A DNA stretch of 64,000 nt from Candidatus Bathyarchaeia archaeon (GCA_050014495.1 JBEKDF010000001.1:170554-234553), one strand, 5' to 3'; positions 20,717 to 30,882 are shown, numbered from the stretch's first letter. Made by a program: numbers and translations. Notes: a model not told the origin generated them from the sequence alone.

Positions 20717-20753
20717 GCGGAACCCAATTCCGATTGTAATCGGAATATTCCGC
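20717..20753 (+). promoter_or_regulatory. Long hairpin / palindrome in the tfb leader
   Basis: GCGGAA-CCCA-ATTCCGATT-GT-AATCGGAAT-A-TTCCGC, between TATTATATAT (about 20676) and ATG 20785. Confidence 0.5.
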
Positions 20754-20784
20754 AGAGAAATCGAGTAGGAAAAAGGGAAAAACA

Positions 20785-21708
20785 ATGATAGTCAAGACTG
20801 AGCAGTCACCAAACGACGTGTGCCCGGAATGCGGGTCAAAGAACGTCATAATCGATAACGATACAGGTGAGAAGATCTGCGGAGGGTGCGGCCTCGTAAT
20901 GGCGGACAACATGATGAGCGATGGCCCCGAATGGAGGGCTTTTAGCCAGGACGAGAGGGAGAGCCGTAGCCGAGTTGGTATGCCCCTAAGCTTCAGCGTA
21001 CACGATAAGGGACTCAGCACGATGATCGGCCAAGTTGGCAAGGACGCCTTCGGCCGTACAATACCCAGTAAGACCATGTTCCAGATGCTCCGCCTCAAAA
21101 AATGGCACATCAGGAGCAGCTACCAGAGCAGTGTAGACAGAAACCTAAGCCACGCAATGACCGAGCTCAGTAGACTCTGCGACAAGCTCCACATCCCCAA
21201 GCAGGTCAAGGAACGCGCCGCTGTAATCTACAGGAAGGCATTAGAGAAGGGCCTCGTCAGGGGCCGCAGCATATCAGCTATAGCAGCCGCTAGCCTCTAC
21301 GCTGCATGCCGCGCCACAGGCACCCCTAGAACACTCAGAGAGCTCGCACGCGTCTCAACAATCGACAAGAAAGACCTCGCACGCTGCTACAGGCTTCTGC
21401 TCCGTGAATTGACCATCCAGATGCCTATACCGAAGGCCCAGTACAGGGTCCCAAAGATCGCTGCTAAGGTTAACATCGGAGAGAGGACACAGCAGACCGC
21501 CGTCGACCTCCTCGAAAAGGCGGAGAAGAAGCGCACCACCGCTGGCAAAGACCCCATGGGCCTCGCCGCCGCTGCTCTCTACATCGCGTGCGTTATGAAT
21601 GAGGAGAAGCGGACTCAGAAGATGATCGCTGACGCCGCCGGCGTCACCGAAGTCACAATCAGGAACCGCTATAAGGGACTTAAGGAAGCCCTTAAGCTCG
21701 ACATCTAA
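20785..21708 (+). CDS. tfb: Transcription initiation factor IIB
   Basis: CPECG..CGGCG Zn ribbon, GPEWRAF, RGRS, GKDP.G, VTEVTIRNRY. Confidence 0.96.
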   Translation: MIVKTEQSPNDVCPECGSKNVIIDNDTGEKICGGCGLVMADNMMSDGPEWRAFSQDERESRSRVGMPLSFSVHDKGLSTMIGQVGKDAFGRTIPSKTMFQMLRLKKWHIRSSYQSSVDRNLSHAMTELSRLCDKLHIPKQVKERAAVIYRKALEKGLVRGRSISAIAAASLYAACRATGTPRTLRELARVSTIDKKDLARCYRLLLRELTIQMPIPKAQYRVPKIAAKVNIGERTQQTAVDLLEKAEKKRTTAGKDPMGLAAAALYIACVMNEEKRTQKMIADAAGVTEVTIRNRYKGLKEALKLDI

Positions 21709-21739
21709 TCTGCATCCCTTTACTCACGAAGAGACCAGC

Positions 21740-21754
21740 CCCAGTTAAACTGGG
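21740..21754 (+). terminator. Hairpin downstream of tfb
   Basis: CCCAGTT-A-AACTGGG inverted repeat followed by T-rich sequence. Confidence 0.35.
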
Positions 21755-22087
21755 TTGGACTCCAAATTCATCATTTTAACAGTTTTCAACTCCTAATTGA
21801 GGCGGACAGTAGTATACCCAGCACGCGAAAGATAGTCAGTCTCAACGCTCGACGCTAGTAGCTTAGTACAACAAGCTCCTAGGGGCTAAGATGACCTCTC
21901 CACGAAAGATCAGGCTCATTGTGGATGGGCCCATCGGGCCGAGCGATGTCATCATGCCCCGAGCGCCTTTCGATCTACTCTCCGAGAACGCGTATGACTC
22001 TCAAGAGATACCGTGATTGGTTCACGCTGTATCCACCAATCCTTTTATTTCATGCACCGTGGTATCCGGTTAGGTGTTATCGGAGCA

Positions 22088-23107
22088 ATGGGTGAACCGG
22101 TGACCTATCTTACTGAGGAATCATATCGTCCAGATTGGCTGAAGGATGGCGTTACCGAGGCGAGCCTGAAGGCAGTCCTCGGTGCAAAAGTTGAGATTCA
22201 GAGGCTCGGAAGGGAGCTTGCGAAGGCTGAGAGATTTTACCTCGTCGGCAGTGGGGGGAGCTACAGTGTCCAGTTCCCAGTCAGATACCTCGCGGAGAAG
22301 TACACGGACATACCGCTACTCCAGTACAGTGGATGGGAATTCCTGGAACGCATACCCTGGGCAGCGAATGAGGGCTCCGCCTGCGTCTTCATCTCACAGA
22401 GTGGGAAAACGAAGGAGGTTGTGAGGGCGCAGGAGTGGGCAAAGAAAAACGGTGCCTTTACGATGGGGTTGAGCCAAAAACAGGACTCGGTCATAAACAA
22501 AGCTGGGGATATAGGCTTCGGAACGGGTGCCCGCGGTGTAACTATGGGGAAGCTAACGACTCTTTACCTACTCTTCGGGACAGTGTTGAAAGAGAAGGGC
22601 TTCGAGGTTGGTGGCAGAATGATCAAAGCCGCGGAGTCGCTGCCAACGGTGCTGCTGCCAATGATACCGAAGGCGATGGAGTTCGCTAAGAAGACAGCGC
22701 TCAAGTTCAAGGACGATGGGGAGATGTACGTCCTCGGGGGTGGCATAAACTGGGGCCTCGCCTACCAGTATGCCATTTGCACACTCCAGGAGATGTGCTG
22801 GATCCACGCGACACCCATCAACTACTCCGAGTTCCGCCATGGGCCGGTGGAGATGTTCACGCCTGGGGTGCCTGCCATCTTCCTGCGGAGCCGGGGGAAT
22901 GAGGGAGAACTGGAGAAGGCGGTTGTAAACTGGTGCACAAAGAACGGTGTAAAGGGCATAGTTCTCGACAGCCAGGGAGGCGAAGTTGACAACCTACTCA
23001 CTCCTTTTACTTTGTTCGTGGAGCTCGAGTGGCTGAGCTACTATCTGAGCCTCGCGAAGAACAGAGATATGGCACAATGGCGCTACTACGACAAGGTCGA
23101 ATGGTAG
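22088..23107 (+). CDS. frlB: SIS-domain fructosamine-6-phosphate deglycase
   Basis: Two SIS domains with SGWEF, SQSGKT.E, LQEM.W, EFRHGP, RYY; FrlB-like. Confidence 0.75.
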   Translation: MGEPVTYLTEESYRPDWLKDGVTEASLKAVLGAKVEIQRLGRELAKAERFYLVGSGGSYSVQFPVRYLAEKYTDIPLLQYSGWEFLERIPWAANEGSACVFISQSGKTKEVVRAQEWAKKNGAFTMGLSQKQDSVINKAGDIGFGTGARGVTMGKLTTLYLLFGTVLKEKGFEVGGRMIKAAESLPTVLLPMIPKAMEFAKKTALKFKDDGEMYVLGGGINWGLAYQYAICTLQEMCWIHATPINYSEFRHGPVEMFTPGVPAIFLRSRGNEGELEKAVVNWCTKNGVKGIVLDSQGGEVDNLLTPFTLFVELEWLSYYLSLAKNRDMAQWRYYDKVEW

Positions 23108-23405
23108 TCGAAAAAATAGATATAATTCGTATCGCTCGCGAACATACGTTTTCCCTAAGAGTCTTAACAAATACGTCGCCTACGCATAGTCTCATACCCC
23201 ACACACCAGCTGGTAAAGCTGACTTCCCCACCCCTTGCGACGTCTTTAAGAACATCGACGCTACCCAGAGGACGCGTGGTTTTCCACTTCTGCACGCGCC
23301 TAAATTCAGAAGTGAGGACGCTAAGGTTACGTGATTGGGTTAAAAATATGATATCTAAGTAGCGATAGTATTCGCATGATGAGCCACCCTTGGGATCTTC
23401 ATGTT

Positions 23406-24632
23406 TTAGACTCTTCTGCTACTCTCCCTCACGGCAAGCATAAGCAAGAAGGAGACTATCGCGGAGAAAGTTAGGAACCACCAGGCATCGGTGTAGGCGC
23501 CCGTCGAGTCGACTATGAAGCCAAAGATAGGCGGACCAAAGATGTTGCCCAATAGGTTGATGGTCACAGAGTATCCCACCGCTAAGCCGGTTACATCTGC
23601 GCTGGCGAACTCCGAGACTAGGACGAAGTTGAGGCCAGCCCAACCAATCGCCCCAAACCCGAAGACCGTGAAGACGATGGCTAAAACCGAGTAGGGGGTG
23701 CTGGGCGTGATAACCTGCATAAGAGTCGAAGTAAGCGCTACGGTGGCTGCGACGAGTAAGAGTGGTTTCCTCCTGCTTCCCCCGAAAACTCGATCGCTTA
23801 TAGCCCCGAAGAATGGTTTGCCAATGGCACCCCCACCATTTGCTAATGCAAGGAAGCCAGCGGCCACGGCTACAGTCATACCAGCCGACGCTTTGAGGAA
23901 GACGACTAAGTAGGCTATAAGCGAGAATTCAACTGTACAAAGACCGAGGGCGGAGAGGCTGACGAAGAGAATGTTCCGATCCAGCATCACAGATTTGAGC
24001 TTATCCCATGAAGCGCTGCTTCCTCTCTCCGACTCTATCGGAGTCGAAGCTGAGGCCTTCTCCCTGTATAATAGGTAGGAGACAAACGCGAATCCGATGC
24101 TAATTACCCCGGTTGCGATGAATGCGGCTCTCCACCCTAGTGAGAGTGCTAATGCGGGAAGAGTTGAGGCTGTGAGAATGCCCGCGAGGTTCATGGCAGT
24201 TTGGTTGATCCCGATAGCTGTGCCCCGTTCTTTTACTTGGAACCATTGAACAATTGCCTTCATCGCGGTTGTGGGAAAGCAACCGCATCCGAGGCCTATC
24301 AGGAAGAGGATGACTAGAACAGATGCTAGACTTTGGGCGACTAACATAAAGAGTGCGAACACTCCCGCTGAGAATGTTCCGATGAAGAGCATTTTCCTAA
24401 CTCCTATCCTATCAGCTAGCCAACCCGCGGGTGTCTGAGCGACCGTGTAGCCGATGGCTGATGCTGAGGTGAGGAGTCCAACCTCAGTGAGTGAAAGCTT
24501 GAGGTCTCCCGCTATGAATGGGGTGAGTGGTGACGCAGTCATCCTCACCATATAGACAGCTGTGTAGCTGAGCCAGGCTATCATCAATACTACCCATCGG
24601 TAGCTGCCGCTGCTAGAATCGTCTCCAGTCAT
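23406..24632 (-). CDS. MFS transporter
   Basis: About 12 TM helices; GWLADRIGVR and GAISDRVFGGSRR motifs. Confidence 0.92.
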   Translation of the reverse strand: MTGDDSSSGSYRWVVLMIAWLSYTAVYMVRMTASPLTPFIAGDLKLSLTEVGLLTSASAIGYTVAQTPAGWLADRIGVRKMLFIGTFSAGVFALFMLVAQSLASVLVILFLIGLGCGCFPTTAMKAIVQWFQVKERGTAIGINQTAMNLAGILTASTLPALALSLGWRAAFIATGVISIGFAFVSYLLYREKASASTPIESERGSSASWDKLKSVMLDRNILFVSLSALGLCTVEFSLIAYLVVFLKASAGMTVAVAAGFLALANGGGAIGKPFFGAISDRVFGGSRRKPLLLVAATVALTSTLMQVITPSTPYSVLAIVFTVFGFGAIGWAGLNFVLVSEFASADVTGLAVGYSVTINLLGNIFGPPIFGFIVDSTGAYTDAWWFLTFSAIVSFLLMLAVRESSRRV

Positions 24633-24746
24633 TCCTCAGAAGTCTGCTGTTGTTGAATAAAAATGTCACATATACGCTTCAATGCACACTTTTCCATCTA
24701 AAACGCGCGCTGCCTTTTTATCACATTTACTGAAAAGGATAGTGGT

Positions 24747-26027
24747 TTATGGTACCCAACCAAAACCGGATGTAATGACCCAATTACCCGACTGCATAGT
24801 ATAATGGTAAATCATCCCACTATCGCCGATGATATTTGCATCATTGGTTCCGACTCTGTAATTCCAAATGAGAGTCAACGTCACATCGGCTTTGTTCGAG
24901 TCAGTCTCAACTATCTTATCGAAGAACATGTAATTAACGTGCTTAACCCTACTCAGCGCATCTATCTCCCCCTGAGTCAAAACCCGTATGTTCACCCCTT
25001 GGACACTACTTGGGACCTCAACCCCTCCGAGATTCGGCGTCGATAATAGAATGAGGCTACCCTCCGGGAGGTTGACGCCTTTGCTGACGCCTATAAACAG
25101 CTCGTTAACGTGGTCGCTTAGGGCTAACTCAACTAAAGCCTGCCTGTCAGCTAACTCCAACGGTCTCCTCACTGTGAACTCCACGTAGAACATCTGCTTC
25201 TGGCCATCATACTCGATTTCCTTCGAGACCCTGTAAACCCCTGAGTCTAGACTCGTAATGTTCACACTCTGACTCCACTCAGACCCCACAAAAGTACTAA
25301 TCGCCACCATCGCCCATATGGGGTGATCTTCGACAGGAGTCCACGAGCCATTCACCATCTTCTCGATATAATAGATTGGACCGTACTCGATGTTCCACGG
25401 ACCCGGGTTGAATATCTTGAGTGTTATCGAGTCTTCATCCGTCACGTTGTATAGTTGAACCCTGAGCATTGGCTTGGGCTCGTACAAGTTGTTAGTAGAA
25501 TCAATCATGGTGTAATCAGACTTGATCCCGACGATAGGGGCTCCGTTATTATATCCGAGTCCGACACCGTGTACCAGCCATTTTGGTACGCTGAGGGTCA
25601 CGTTGAGCACGGTTGGTTCGTTGACTCTAAGAGTAATGTTGCCGTTTGGTTCACAGTAGGCGTTGAAGTTACTCCACTCATCGGGGGTGCCCGCTACCTT
25701 GGAGCTGATGGTGACGTTTGTCTCAGTAGCATTCATCCAGTCGTAGCTTACGAACCAGAGCTCCACCTGCACTTTGAGGGTGCCATTGGCGGGGATCGCT
25801 AGTATTGGGCCCGTGGGTTTTGTGATGAGTCGGGCTAGTATGTAGCCCTTAATCCCATCGCTGAGCGCTGTGGTCCTGTTTGTGATCTCGCTCCCATCTG
25901 ATGTGCCTACACCGATCATCTTTCCCTCGGTTACGGGCTCAGGTTTGGGGTGGTATGATGGAATACTTATGACGATTGTCGCCGATAGAAGTACTACAAT
26001 TATAATTAGGATGTGTCCAATTTTCAT
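24747..26027 (-). CDS. Secreted or membrane-anchored glycoprotein with an Ig-like domain
   Basis: N-terminal hydrophobic signal, beta-rich body with L.SGVYRVSKEI, nine N-X-S/T sequons. Confidence 0.7.
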   Translation of the reverse strand: MKIGHILIIIVVLLSATIVISIPSYHPKPEPVTEGKMIGVGTSDGSEITNRTTALSDGIKGYILARLITKPTGPILAIPANGTLKVQVELWFVSYDWMNATETNVTISSKVAGTPDEWSNFNAYCEPNGNITLRVNEPTVLNVTLSVPKWLVHGVGLGYNNGAPIVGIKSDYTMIDSTNNLYEPKPMLRVQLYNVTDEDSITLKIFNPGPWNIEYGPIYYIEKMVNGSWTPVEDHPIWAMVAISTFVGSEWSQSVNITSLDSGVYRVSKEIEYDGQKQMFYVEFTVRRPLELADRQALVELALSDHVNELFIGVSKGVNLPEGSLILLSTPNLGGVEVPSSVQGVNIRVLTQGEIDALSRVKHVNYMFFDKIVETDSNKADVTLTLIWNYRVGTNDANIIGDSGMIYHYTMQSGNWVITSGFGWVP

Positions 26028-26332
26028 TAGCCCTTTCCCACCATTATTATTGTTAATCTATTACTGAATATGCATATGTGCATATGCTTGATGAGACTTC
26101 ACTTTGTTTTCACTTAACTTTATGTATACAAATTATATTTATCGTATACAGAATAGTTATAAAGTATATAGTTTTAGGATTTTTGTTCAAAGCGAAACCG
26201 AATAAGGTGTTCAAACCAGCAATGATACATATTTTAAACGATTATTCAGGATCAATAAGGTCTAATGGTAGTCGCGTGCGGGATCTCTTGAGGATCCAAA
26301 ACTCACTCAGTTATCAATTTGGGGGTGATGAG

Positions 26333-27334
26333 ATGGCTGTTAGATGGACGGAAAAGAAGGCCTGGAAGTGGTACACAGCACAGCCCTGGATTGTGGGATG
26401 CAACTTTATACCGAGCACAGCCGGGAATCAGCTAGAGATGTGGCAGAGGGAGTCCTATGACGCCGAGACTATCAGTCGAGAACTCGGCTGGGCGAGGGAC
26501 CTACACTTCAATACAGTGCGTGTCTACCTCCACGACCTCGTTTGGCATGCGGACCCAGAAGGATTCAAGGAGAGGATTAATCTCTTCCTCGACTCGGCCG
26601 CTCACAACAGGATCCGCCCTATATTCGTGTTCTTCGATGACTGCTGGAACCAAGAGCCCAGCCTCGGAAAGCAACCCGATCCCAGGGCCGGCGTCCACAA
26701 CTCGATCTGGTTGCAAAGCCCCGGGTCCAAGGTCGTAAGGAACCCCTCAGGCTGGGGGCGAATCTCCGAATACGTGGGGGACATTGTTGGTCACTTCAGA
26801 TCCGATGAACGTATCCTGCTCTGGGATCTCTACAACGAACCTGGCAACAATAAACTAGGGGAGGCCTCCTTGGGCCTACTTAAGGAGGTTTTCACGTGGG
26901 CTCGGGATGCGAGGCCGACCCAACCACTATCCGTCGGTGTCTGGTTTAACAATCAGGTCTTGAACGAGTTCCAACTGGGGGCATCAGACATCGTCACTTT
27001 CCACAACTATAACGATGCTGAGCATCTCGTGGAGCAAATTCGTGCACTCGGGGGGTACAGAAGACCCCTCATTTGCACAGAATATATGGCCAGGTCTCGA
27101 GACAGCCAATTCAAGACCCACCTCCCCATCTTCAAGAGGATGAGAGTAGGCTGCCTTAGTTGGGGTCTCGTTAGCGGACGCACACAGACGATATACCCGT
27201 GGGGGTCCAAGGAAGGCTCTCACAAGCCCAGTAAGTGGTTCCATGACATACTCAAGAGGGATGGTACCCCCTTCGACGTGGAGGAAGTATCTTTCATTAA
27301 GAGGATCGTTACTGAGGATCAAAATATTGCGTGA
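26333..27334 (+). CDS. Glycoside hydrolase, clan A (GH5-like TIM barrel)
   Basis: FNTVRVYLH, WDLYNEP (acid/base), FHNY, ICTEY (nucleophile). GGGGGTGA RBS before ATG 26333. No signal peptide. Confidence 0.85.
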   Translation: MAVRWTEKKAWKWYTAQPWIVGCNFIPSTAGNQLEMWQRESYDAETISRELGWARDLHFNTVRVYLHDLVWHADPEGFKERINLFLDSAAHNRIRPIFVFFDDCWNQEPSLGKQPDPRAGVHNSIWLQSPGSKVVRNPSGWGRISEYVGDIVGHFRSDERILLWDLYNEPGNNKLGEASLGLLKEVFTWARDARPTQPLSVGVWFNNQVLNEFQLGASDIVTFHNYNDAEHLVEQIRALGGYRRPLICTEYMARSRDSQFKTHLPIFKRMRVGCLSWGLVSGRTQTIYPWGSKEGSHKPSKWFHDILKRDGTPFDVEEVSFIKRIVTEDQNIA

Positions 27335-27358
27335 GACCAAGATACTATTTATCGTAGA

Positions 27359-28132
27359 CTAGGCGTGGCTCACGAAGTCCATCCTGCCGCCGTCGGCGAC
27401 TATCACCTGGCCAGAAATGAAGCTCGACTCCTCGGAGGCGAGAAATAGGGTGACGTTCGCGATGTCCTGAGTGTCGCCTATGCGCCTCATAGCAGCGAGG
27501 CCCGCTTTTCTCACATTGATATCCTCAGCATTTGAGCCGCTTTTGGCATTAGTCATGTCGGTCTTTATCCATCCAGGGGCGATGCAATTGACGTTTATCC
27601 CGTAGGGGCCGAGTTCCTGTGAAGCGACGGATGTTAGGGCTATGACGCCGGCTTTTGAACAGCCGTAGGCACCTTCACCGGTCGGGGCGCAGCCGAGGCC
27701 GGAGATGGAGGAGATGTTGATAATCTTGCCATTTCTTTTTGGTATCATGAGTTTCGCCGCCTCCTGAATGCAGTTGAATGGTCCCTTCAAGTTGATGGCC
27801 ATGACCTGGTCCCACCCATCCTCGGTGGTCTCCATGAGGCTTGTCGGGATAAGAATTCCAGCATTGTTCACGAGTATGTCGATGCCTCCGAAGGATCGGG
27901 TGATCTCAACGATCATTTTCTTTACTTGGTCCTGATTTGAGACATCAGCCTTGATAGTTATCGCCCTGCTGCCCATCGACTTGATTTCCGAAGCGACTTT
28001 CTCCGCTTCCTTTGCCCCTTTGACGTAGTTCACGGCGACGCTCGCGCCCTCGCGCGCTAGAGTTAGGGCGATTGCCCTCCCTATGCCCCTCGATGCACCG
28101 GTTACGAGTGCTACTTTGCCTTCAAGTTTCAT
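27359..28132 (-). CDS. Short-chain dehydrogenase/reductase (FabG-like)
   Basis: TGASRGIG, NNAG, YGCSK, PG.I.T, DGG. Confidence 0.92.
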   Translation of the reverse strand: MKLEGKVALVTGASRGIGRAIALTLAREGASVAVNYVKGAKEAEKVASEIKSMGSRAITIKADVSNQDQVKKMIVEITRSFGGIDILVNNAGILIPTSLMETTEDGWDQVMAINLKGPFNCIQEAAKLMIPKRNGKIINISSISGLGCAPTGEGAYGCSKAGVIALTSVASQELGPYGINVNCIAPGWIKTDMTNAKSGSNAEDINVRKAGLAAMRRIGDTQDIANVTLFLASEESSFISGQVIVADGGRMDFVSHA

Positions 28133-28165
28133 GGGAATCCAAAAAATGTTAGCCGTTTCAACATT

Positions 28166-28981
28166 TTAGACTTGGGGTTGGTTTCCACCCCAACCACCTA
28201 GGCGTTTGCACGTCTCTGTGGCGACACGATGCCCCTCCTTAATTGCCTCTGGGATCGAGGTATTCTTCAGCGTTGATGTGAGAAATGCCGCGATGTAGCT
28301 GTCCCCGGCGCCGAGGGTGTCGACAACCTCAACTGGGTTAGCTTTCCCTTTGTGCACCTTCTCGCCGTCGTAAACTAGTGAGCCATGCTCCCCTAGGGTC
28401 ATAATAACTAGGCCAGGTGTTCTCGCCTTCAACTCCTTCAACTTCTCCTCCGGATCAAGCCCCCTCGTGATGAGTTCTTTACCACTGAAGAAGCTGAAGT
28501 CGAGCCACGGCATCACCTCCAGTGCCTTATGCTCAAGCTGATTACTGAAGTCACAGCTCAGGAAGGGGTGCCCGCCACGCTTTATGCTTGGGATATGTTC
28601 CCTGCCGAATCCCCAGACGCTGTAGTGGACGAGGTCGTAGCCTCGCACACGTGGGAGAAGCTCGGTGGGAAAAACAGCGTCCTTTTGGACTCCTTCAATA
28701 TAGTTAGCGAAGACCCGGTCTCCGCCCCGGATGAGGATGGTCGTCACGGCGGACTCTCCGGGCAGCCTGATCACACCCTCTGTGGATAGGCCCTCGCGCC
28801 TCATCTGGTCGAGCATGAAGTCGCCCGCCTCGTCGGTTCCCATGACACCGATGTAGTCGGCTTCGATGCCTGGGACCCTGTGGGCGTAGACCGCTACGTT
28901 AAGTGCGTTCCCACCGGGGAATCTGCGCTTCAGCTCCGAGTAGTTGTCTATGCAATTGTCCCCTATGGCAAGCAATTTCAT
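28166..28981 (-). CDS. frlD: PfkB-family fructoselysine 6-kinase-like protein
   Basis: IGDNCID...PGGNALNVAVY start, GDRVF, DFS, DTLGAGDS. Confidence 0.78.
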   Translation of the reverse strand: MKLLAIGDNCIDNYSELKRRFPGGNALNVAVYAHRVPGIEADYIGVMGTDEAGDFMLDQMRREGLSTEGVIRLPGESAVTTILIRGGDRVFANYIEGVQKDAVFPTELLPRVRGYDLVHYSVWGFGREHIPSIKRGGHPFLSCDFSNQLEHKALEVMPWLDFSFFSGKELITRGLDPEEKLKELKARTPGLVIMTLGEHGSLVYDGEKVHKGKANPVEVVDTLGAGDSYIAAFLTSTLKNTSIPEAIKEGHRVATETCKRLGGWGGNQPQV

Positions 28982-29027
28982 TTCGAGTCCCTTAAACCTC
29001 TGCCCATTCCCATTTATCTGGATCGCT

Positions 29028-29584
29028 TTGGAGCTTAATGAGACCATACTCGGACGACGCAGCTGCAGGAGCTACGACCAGACCAAACACGTTTCCCAGG
29101 AGATGATGAGGGAGATCATCTACTATGGGACTTGGGTTCCCTCGGGGACGAACAGCTAGCCGTGGAGGTTCACTGTTCTCAATGGGGTGGCGAAGGCGGA
29201 GTTCATCAGCCTCCATAGGGCGGACCTTGAGTCGAAGAGGGCGGAGATGACTGAACAGGCACAGAACATCGCCTTTTGGAGCTGCACAAGCCTCGAGAAG
29301 TCGGATGTCGTCGTCCTCGTCTGGGACAAGGAGAAGTCGCTGACAAGTCCGCAGAGCATTGGTGCCTGCATACAGATGATGATGCTTAAGGCACACGGGT
29401 TGGGTGTGGGCTCCCTCTGGACGCTGCCGTGAGGTGGAGCAGGGATGAGATCATAAAGAAGTATGGCCACCCCGATTGGGAGCTGATCGCCGGGGTCGGC
29501 TTTGGATACCCATCTGAGAAGATGATTGGGAAGAAGGGGCCTTCAAGGCTCCCCATAGAAGAAGTCGCCGAGTTCCTCGGCTAA
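29028..29584 (+). pseudogene. Nitroreductase, disrupted by an in-frame TAG and a frameshift
   Basis: RRSCRSY...PSGTNS*PWRF (TAG 29157-29159), AHGLGVGSLW, then a frame change near 29422 continuing ..GFGYP..RLPIEEV..*. Confidence 0.8.
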
Positions 29585-30129
29585 GGCTTCTGTGACTGGG
29601 CTTTAACAGTGTCCCTTATCTCCTTGGCCTCGTCGCCAACTATCTCGGCGTGCCAGAATCTCATTAGCTTACCCTGGTCGATGCCTGCTTTCTGATACTC
29701 GGATGCCTGAATCACCATCTCCAACTTGTCGCAGTCCCTGACGAGCTTCGCCTCTTGTGTTATTCCCTCCGAAAATTCATGCCAAGTAGATGAATATACA
29801 GCCTGAATATCAGGGGGCAGATTGCTGAGTAACCTACACATTGCAGCGTCTTCCCTTCGTCTGAAGCCAGCTTCATCTGATCCTTTCTGTGTCGGTGTGA
29901 GATCCCCGATCTCTACCTCAGCGAGGTCGTGGAGGATGGCCATCCTTACCGCGTTGAGTGTGTCAAGTTTCTTTGCATCAGAGAGAATCATCACAATTAG
30001 GGCGACACGGAAACTGTGGTCTGCCACCGACTCAGGGTCGTGGACGCCGGATTCTACCCAACCGGTCCGATGGAGTCTCTTCAGTCTCCCCGCTTCGGTT
30101 ATGAAGTCAATGATCCCGTATGTGTCCAT
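29581..30129 (-). CDS. HD-domain 5'-deoxynucleotidase-like hydrolase (YfbR/HDDC2)
   Basis: LKRLHRTGW, ESVADHSFR, HDLAE..GD, DKLE. Confidence 0.88.
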   Translation of the reverse strand: MDTYGIIDFITEAGRLKRLHRTGWVESGVHDPESVADHSFRVALIVMILSDAKKLDTLNAVRMAILHDLAEVEIGDLTPTQKGSDEAGFRRREDAAMCRLLSNLPPDIQAVYSSTWHEFSEGITQEAKLVRDCDKLEMVIQASEYQKAGIDQGKLMRFWHAEIVGDEAKEIRDTVKAQSQKP

Positions 30130-30381
30130 GGATTGGATGTTGCTAGAAGCTATTTGAGTGGTTTCCCGTAGACAAGCCACTTGTTCTCCTCCCAAGGTCG
30201 GCGCTCCGCAGTAGTGTTATCTCCGCTTCGCGTCCTGTTCTTCGAGACATCCTCGGTGTTACCATAGTTGATCTGATTCAGGTTTTTGAGTAGACTCATC
30301 ATTCTTGAGGGATATGTCGGTCCATGCTCTCGAGCTTTTCACACGCGCCCGCCTCAAAGCCGGACAAAAGGTGAGGTGTAA

Positions 30382-30882
30382 TCAACTCGGCCCTATTTTG
30401 TTGACCACATCCCAGATGGCGAGTCCCTCCCTCTCAGCGAATTTAAGGACGTTTTCTCCTATCCACGGCTTATCCCTGCATTCTAGCCTTATAGCCTCGA
30501 AAAGGACGGATGGGGTACATGGGGTCTTTAATTTCTGGTTCTCGATAAGTATTGCGAGGTTGTCGGCGAAGATAAGGGCGCGGTCTAGCTGGGTGACTGG
30601 TTTGACGCCGGATCGGTAGTCGTGTGCCCTTATAGCGTGGAGACTTGTCTCGGGCAACTTCTCTGCAAGTATCTCCGCGGCTAGATTACCGTGGCGCGGT
30701 GGGTCGTCTACTGTAGCGTCGTAATCGAGGTCGTGAAGGAGCCCGACGATCCCCCAGTCTTGGGGTATAGCGGAGAACTCAGTTGCTAGGACCTCCATTA
30801 TCCGGGCTACTAGAATCGAGTGAAATAGCTTGCTGGAGCCCTCCAGTAGGCGGTGAGCTTCCCACTCAGTTATTCCCGCCAT
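30382..30882 (-). CDS. HDIG-domain metal-dependent hydrolase
   Basis: HS, GLLHDLDY, HG, AIRAH, AD. Confidence 0.8.
   Translation of the reverse strand: MAGITEWEAHRLLEGSSKLFHSILVARIMEVLATEFSAIPQDWGIVGLLHDLDYDATVDDPPRHGNLAAEILAEKLPETSLHAIRAHDYRSGVKPVTQLDRALIFADNLAILIENQKLKTPCTPSVLFEAIRLECRDKPWIGENVLKFAEREGLAIWDVVNKIGPS

Noticed and set aside
21891..22016. 41-codon ORF between tfb and frlB
   Set aside because: No recognisable motif or RBS; cannot be supported
29157..29159. In-frame TAG as possible pyrrolysine or readthrough
   Set aside because: It replaces a conserved Gln (CAG>TAG), the gene has a second lesion, no pyl genes are seen, and TAG is a normal stop throughout the window
30149..30303. 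Short minus-strand ORF ending WLVYGKPLK, possible gene remnant
   Set aside because: Too short and ambiguous to assign without a search
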